The translations under genes were made by a program, and so were the position numbers. The notes below the pieces were generated by a model. It worked only from the letters and a program-made list of their open reading frames with translations. It searched no databases and had not been told where the DNA came from. Shown piece after piece: positions 40,554 to 43,280 of a stretch of 43,280 nucleotides of DNA. The number at the start of each line of letters is the position of its first letter. Position 1 is the stretch's first letter. Origin of the DNA: a virus; the IMG/VR virus record IMGVR_UViG_3300013001_000001, positions 1 through 43,280 of that record; one strand, written 5' to 3'.

Positions 40554-41405
40554 GTGGACCCCTTCCGCGTCACCGGCAACACCGCGGTCAGTTTCAGCGG
40601 CGGTCGCACCAGCGGGATGATGGCCCGCCTGGTCCAGCAGGCGAACCAGGCCGACGCCCCCATCAGGTACCTGTTCGCGAACACCGGCAAGGAGATGGAG
40701 CAGACGCTGCAGTTCGTCGATCGCTGCGCCCGCGAGTGGGGCCTGGACGTGACCTGGCTGGAGTACACCCGCGATGAGCCAGGCTTCAGGGTGGTCGACC
40801 TGGCCAGCGCCAGCCGCAACGGCGAACCCTTCGAGACGTTGATCCAGGCCCGCAAGTACCTGCCGAACCCGGTCACGCGCTTCTGCACGGTCGAGCTGAA
40901 GATCCGCACCATGCACCGCTACCTCAAGTCCCTCGGCTGGGCGGACAACGACGGCGAGTGGGACAGCATCGTCGGGATCCGCGCCGATGAGCACCGCCGG
41001 GTGGCCAAGATCCGCGCCAGGGGCACCAGCACCGAAACCCCACGCGAGCACATGCGCCTGCCGCTGGCCGATGCGGGCCTGACCGTGGCCGACGTCGGCG
41101 CCTTCTGGCGCGCCCAGCCCTTCGACCTGGAGCTGCCCAGCCACAACGGCAAGACCCTGCTGGGCAACTGCGACCTCTGCTTTTTGAAGGGGCGCCAGCA
41201 GGTGTACAGCATCATCGAGACAGACCGCCGGCGAGCGGACTGGTGGGCCGCCCAGGAGCAGGCGATCACCAAAGGGGGCGACGCCGCCCTGTTCCGCTTC
41301 GACCGGCCCAGCTACACGCAGATGCGCGAATACGCCGGGCGCCAGATTCAGCTGTTCGAGGACGACGACCTGGACGACAGCATCGACTGCTTCTGCGGCG
41401 ACTGA
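40554..41405 (+). CDS. PAPS-reductase/PP-loop ATP-pyrophosphatase family protein, 283 aa (GTG start)
   Basis: PP-loop SFSGGRTSGMM. CTVELKIRTM. C-terminal Cys clusters CDLCFLKG and DCFCGD. Confidence 0.75.
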   Translation: MDPFRVTGNTAVSFSGGRTSGMMARLVQQANQADAPIRYLFANTGKEMEQTLQFVDRCAREWGLDVTWLEYTRDEPGFRVVDLASASRNGEPFETLIQARKYLPNPVTRFCTVELKIRTMHRYLKSLGWADNDGEWDSIVGIRADEHRRVAKIRARGTSTETPREHMRLPLADAGLTVADVGAFWRAQPFDLELPSHNGKTLLGNCDLCFLKGRQQVYSIIETDRRRADWWAAQEQAITKGGDAALFRFDRPSYTQMREYAGRQIQLFEDDDLDDSIDCFCGD

Positions 41406-41454
41406 GTAACCCCAGCCACGGACGGCACCCCTACCCCTCATGGCATCAAAAATA

Positions 41455-41516
41455 TATACTGCGTAAGCATTGCGTATGCACGCAGGATTGATAATGTGTG
41501 CCCCGCGTACACACTA
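41455..41516 (+). promoter_or_regulatory. parA promoter/operator candidate with clustered TGCGTA-type repeats
   Basis: CTGCGTA, TGCGTA, inverted CACGCAG and CGCGTA within 50 bp. TTGATA (41488..41493)-N17-ACACTA. AT-rich tract upstream. Confidence 0.45.
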
Positions 41517-41538
41517 AAGGCGCCAGGAGGTGCCAGCC

Positions 41539-42213
41539 ATGATCACCCTCGTAGGGAACCCCAAGGGCGGAGTCGGCAAGTCGACTATCGCCGTGAACAT
41601 CGCCTCGGCCCGCGCCATGATCCCCGGCCGCCGGGTCCTCCTGGTCGACGGCGACGACCCCGAGCAGCGCAGCTCGGCCGACGCGATCCTCTTCCGCATG
41701 CAGGCCGAGGGCTTCCCCGGCATTGCCAGCGCCAACTGGTTCAACGGCGATGAGCTGCGCACCCAGGTCCAGCACCAGCGCGCCCTCTTCGACGACATCA
41801 TCATCGATGCCGGCGGCGACGACGGCGGCGCCCTCCGCGCCGGCATGATGATCTGCGACAAGATGGTCGTGCCCTACGCCCCGAAGGCCTTCGAGACCCG
41901 CGCCCTGCGCAAGCTGCAGAGCCTGATCGACCTTTGCAACGAAGCCCGCCGCGAGATGAAGCGCCAGCCCATCGAGGTCCTGGCCTTCCTCAACCGCGCC
42001 AAGCCGGGCGTGAACAACACCATCAACCTGCAGGGGCAGAGCGTCATCGAGCACTTCCCCCTGCTCAAGCTGATCGAGCCCAAGCTGGTCCACCGGGAGG
42101 CCTTCTCGGACGCCGCCGCGATGGGCATCAGCGTGTTCGAGCACAAGCCCCGCGACGCGAAAGCGTGCGACGAATTGAAGGCGCTCCTCGCCGCCATCTA
42201 CGGAGACCAATGA
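41539..42213 (+). CDS. parA: ParA/Soj-family partition ATPase, 224 aa
   Basis: Deviant Walker A GNPKGGVGKST and LLVDGDD. RBS AGGAGG 8 nt before ATG 41539. Confidence 0.85.
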   Translation: MITLVGNPKGGVGKSTIAVNIASARAMIPGRRVLLVDGDDPEQRSSADAILFRMQAEGFPGIASANWFNGDELRTQVQHQRALFDDIIIDAGGDDGGALRAGMMICDKMVVPYAPKAFETRALRKLQSLIDLCNEARREMKRQPIEVLAFLNRAKPGVNNTINLQGQSVIEHFPLLKLIEPKLVHREAFSDAAAMGISVFEHKPRDAKACDELKALLAAIYGDQ

Positions 42214-42214
42214 C

Positions 42215-42472
42215 ATGCCCAAGCCCAGCCTGCTCGCCCCCACCGCACCCGACGCCGAATCCGCATTCATCGCCGGCGGCAGATCCAGCCCGAAGCCCGC
42301 CGCCCAGGTCGAGGCCGCGCCCAAGGGCAAGCCCAAGATGAAGCCGGTCCCGCTGAAGCTCGAGGAAGACCTGATCGAGCGCATCGACGCGGCAGCCGCC
42401 AAGCGCATGCTCAGCCGCACCGCCTTTCTGCGCCAGGCTGCCCTGGCGCAGCTTGAAGACATGGGCATGTAA
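42215..42472 (+). CDS. Ribbon-helix-helix (ParG/CopG-like) partner protein, 85 aa
   Basis: Disordered basic N-terminus, then KPVPLKLEEDLIERIDAAAAKRMLSRTAFLRQAALAQL, an RHH fold pattern. Confidence 0.7.
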   Translation: MPKPSLLAPTAPDAESAFIAGGRSSPKPAAQVEAAPKGKPKMKPVPLKLEEDLIERIDAAAAKRMLSRTAFLRQAALAQLEDMGM

Positions 42473-42490
42473 AAAGGCATACCCAGGACA

Positions 42491-42530
42491 CCCCCGGTAC
42501 ATACCCAAGGCATACCGGGGGCATCCTTTT
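42491..42530 (+). terminator. Rho-independent terminator after the parA/RHH operon
   Basis: CCCCCGGTA (42491..42499), 13-nt loop, TACCGGGGG (42513..42521), then CATCCTTTT. Confidence 0.65.
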
Positions 42531-42545
42531 GGCTCACCGCTGGCA

Positions 42546-42656
42546 CCCGACGTGTGGATCGGGCAAGCGCGCTTATTCCGTGGATACGGAACATTGTTCC
42601 GGGCATGATGCTCCCACAGCCAGCCACAACGGCGAGGCGAAACCCGGAGCGACACC
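42546..42656 (+). promoter_or_regulatory. Copy B of the duplicated promoter/operator/5' leader
   Basis: Same 16-nt box CCCGACGTGTGGATCG. -35 TGGATA (42581..42586). 17-nt spacer containing CGGAACATTGTTCCG. -10 CATGAT (42604..42609). Leader about 90% identical to copy A up to the ATG. Confidence 0.7.
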
Positions 42657-42971
42657 ATGAGCCAGACCATCGAAATGACCTTCCCGGTTGAAGGCCTGCA
42701 GGACCAGAAAGCCACCTTCAGCATCCAGCCAGACGGCGCGGTCCTGGTCACCTTCCCCGGCCTCTTCATGAGCCTGCACGCGCCGGGCAGCGCCCTGCAA
42801 TTCACCACCCGCCGCACCAAAGGCGCCAGCGCCGAGTCGATGACGGTCGCCTACGCCCAGGACGAGAAGCTCACCAGCGGATGGGTGATCACCCTGAGCA
42901 AGGCAGCCGGCCAAGCCCTGCAGGACCGCCTCTGGAACCACCTGGCCACCCTGAACGAAGCCGCCGAATAG
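42657..42971 (+). CDS. Hypothetical 104-aa protein driven by the duplicated promoter; candidate anti-defence gene by context
   Basis: GGAG RBS within the conserved leader. A single-gene unit between two terminators. No family recognised. Confidence 0.6.
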   Translation: MSQTIEMTFPVEGLQDQKATFSIQPDGAVLVTFPGLFMSLHAPGSALQFTTRRTKGASAESMTVAYAQDEKLTSGWVITLSKAAGQALQDRLWNHLATLNEAAE

Positions 42972-42980
42972 GCAGCAAAG

Positions 42981-43015
42981 AGGCGCACCAGGTAGACACC
43001 GGGTGCGCCTTTTTT
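42981..43015. terminator. Terminator between the convergent 104-aa (+) and 64-aa (-) genes
   Basis: AGGCGCACC (42981..42989), 12-nt loop, GGTGCGCCT (43002..43010), then T6 on the plus strand. Confidence 0.8.
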
Positions 43016-43025
43016 ACATACCGCG

Positions 43026-43220
43026 TCAGTCCTCCCGCAGCACCAGGCGGAGCGTGCGCAGCGCCTCGGCCTGGCCGTCCTGCCAGTCGATCGCCGCGAC
43101 CGAGGCCTGCGGGTGCGGGCATTCATCGCCCAGGCCGATCAGCTCCGCGACGAAGCCGGCGCGCCACTCGGGCGTGTTCCAGCGGCCGATATCGAAGCAC
43201 AGCCCGGAATCAATCAGCAT
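43026..43220 (-). CDS. Hypothetical 64-aa protein, translationally coupled to the HTH gene across the circular junction
   Basis: Its ATG (43218..43220, equal to nt 61..63) overlaps the stop of 53..358 in ATGCTGATTGA. High GC3. Confidence 0.6.
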   Translation of the reverse strand: MLIDSGLCFDIGRWNTPEWRAGFVAELIGLGDECPHPQASVAAIDWQDGQAEALRTLRLVLRED

Positions 43221-43280
43221 GGGCCTGCGCCGGTACCGCGGCCAGATCCAGCTCGGCGCCGTGGTCGCGCATGGCCTGAA
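43158..43280. repeat. Right copy of the 123-bp terminal direct repeat
   Basis: Identical to nt 1..123. Confidence 0.95.

Larger units (their letters stand above)
1..43280. mobile_element. Complete temperate lambdoid siphovirus-type phage genome (integrase, cI/Cro switch, O/P replication, HK97-type head, long tail, lysis genes), circularly closed
   Basis: Each module of a lambda-like phage occurs exactly once. Window ends are identical over 123 nt. Confidence 0.9.

Noticed and set aside
42541-42556. TGGCAC at 42541, considered as a sigma54 -24 element
   Set aside because: It is not followed by TTGC at the correct spacing and is not conserved in copy A (GGACCC).

Overview
The window is one complete phage genome that closes on itself. 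Nt 1-123 are repeated exactly at 43158-43280, giving a unit length of 43,157 bp. It is a high-GC temperate lambdoid siphovirus-type phage, probably of Pseudomonas or a close relative; host assignment is inference only. Minus strand: a roughly 25 kb late operon (29831 down to 4692) with two holin-like genes, HNH endonuclease, ParB-methyltransferase fusion, TerS/TerL, portal, ClpP-like protease, HK97-type capsid, head-tail joining genes, major tail, G/GT chaperone with a -1 frameshift, tape measure, tail tip and fibre genes, DUF1353, GH19 endolysin and Rz/Rz1. The early-right operon (34732 down to 30005) has Cro-like, O-like with iterons, lambda-P-like, nin-type genes, RuvC and a Q-position gene followed by a promoter/terminator unit. 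Plus strand: a cI-like repressor, then an early-left operon with RecT, YqaJ exonuclease, TerB, a PAPS-reductase-like gene and ParA/RHH. The most interesting part is the accessory island around the integrase. (i) Two small unknown ORFs precede a gene whose N-terminus looks like the anti-CRISPR-associated regulator Aca1 but carries an extra C-terminal domain. (ii) The roughly 110-bp promoter/operator/leader of that operon is duplicated 4.1 kb away in front of an orphan 104-aa gene. (iii) An overlapping HTH + 64-aa gene pair and a small membrane-protein gene sit next to int. (iv) An 18-bp perfect inverted repeat brackets the int cassette. No tRNA, rRNA or CRISPR array was found. All homology statements are by-eye motif recognition and need database confirmation.
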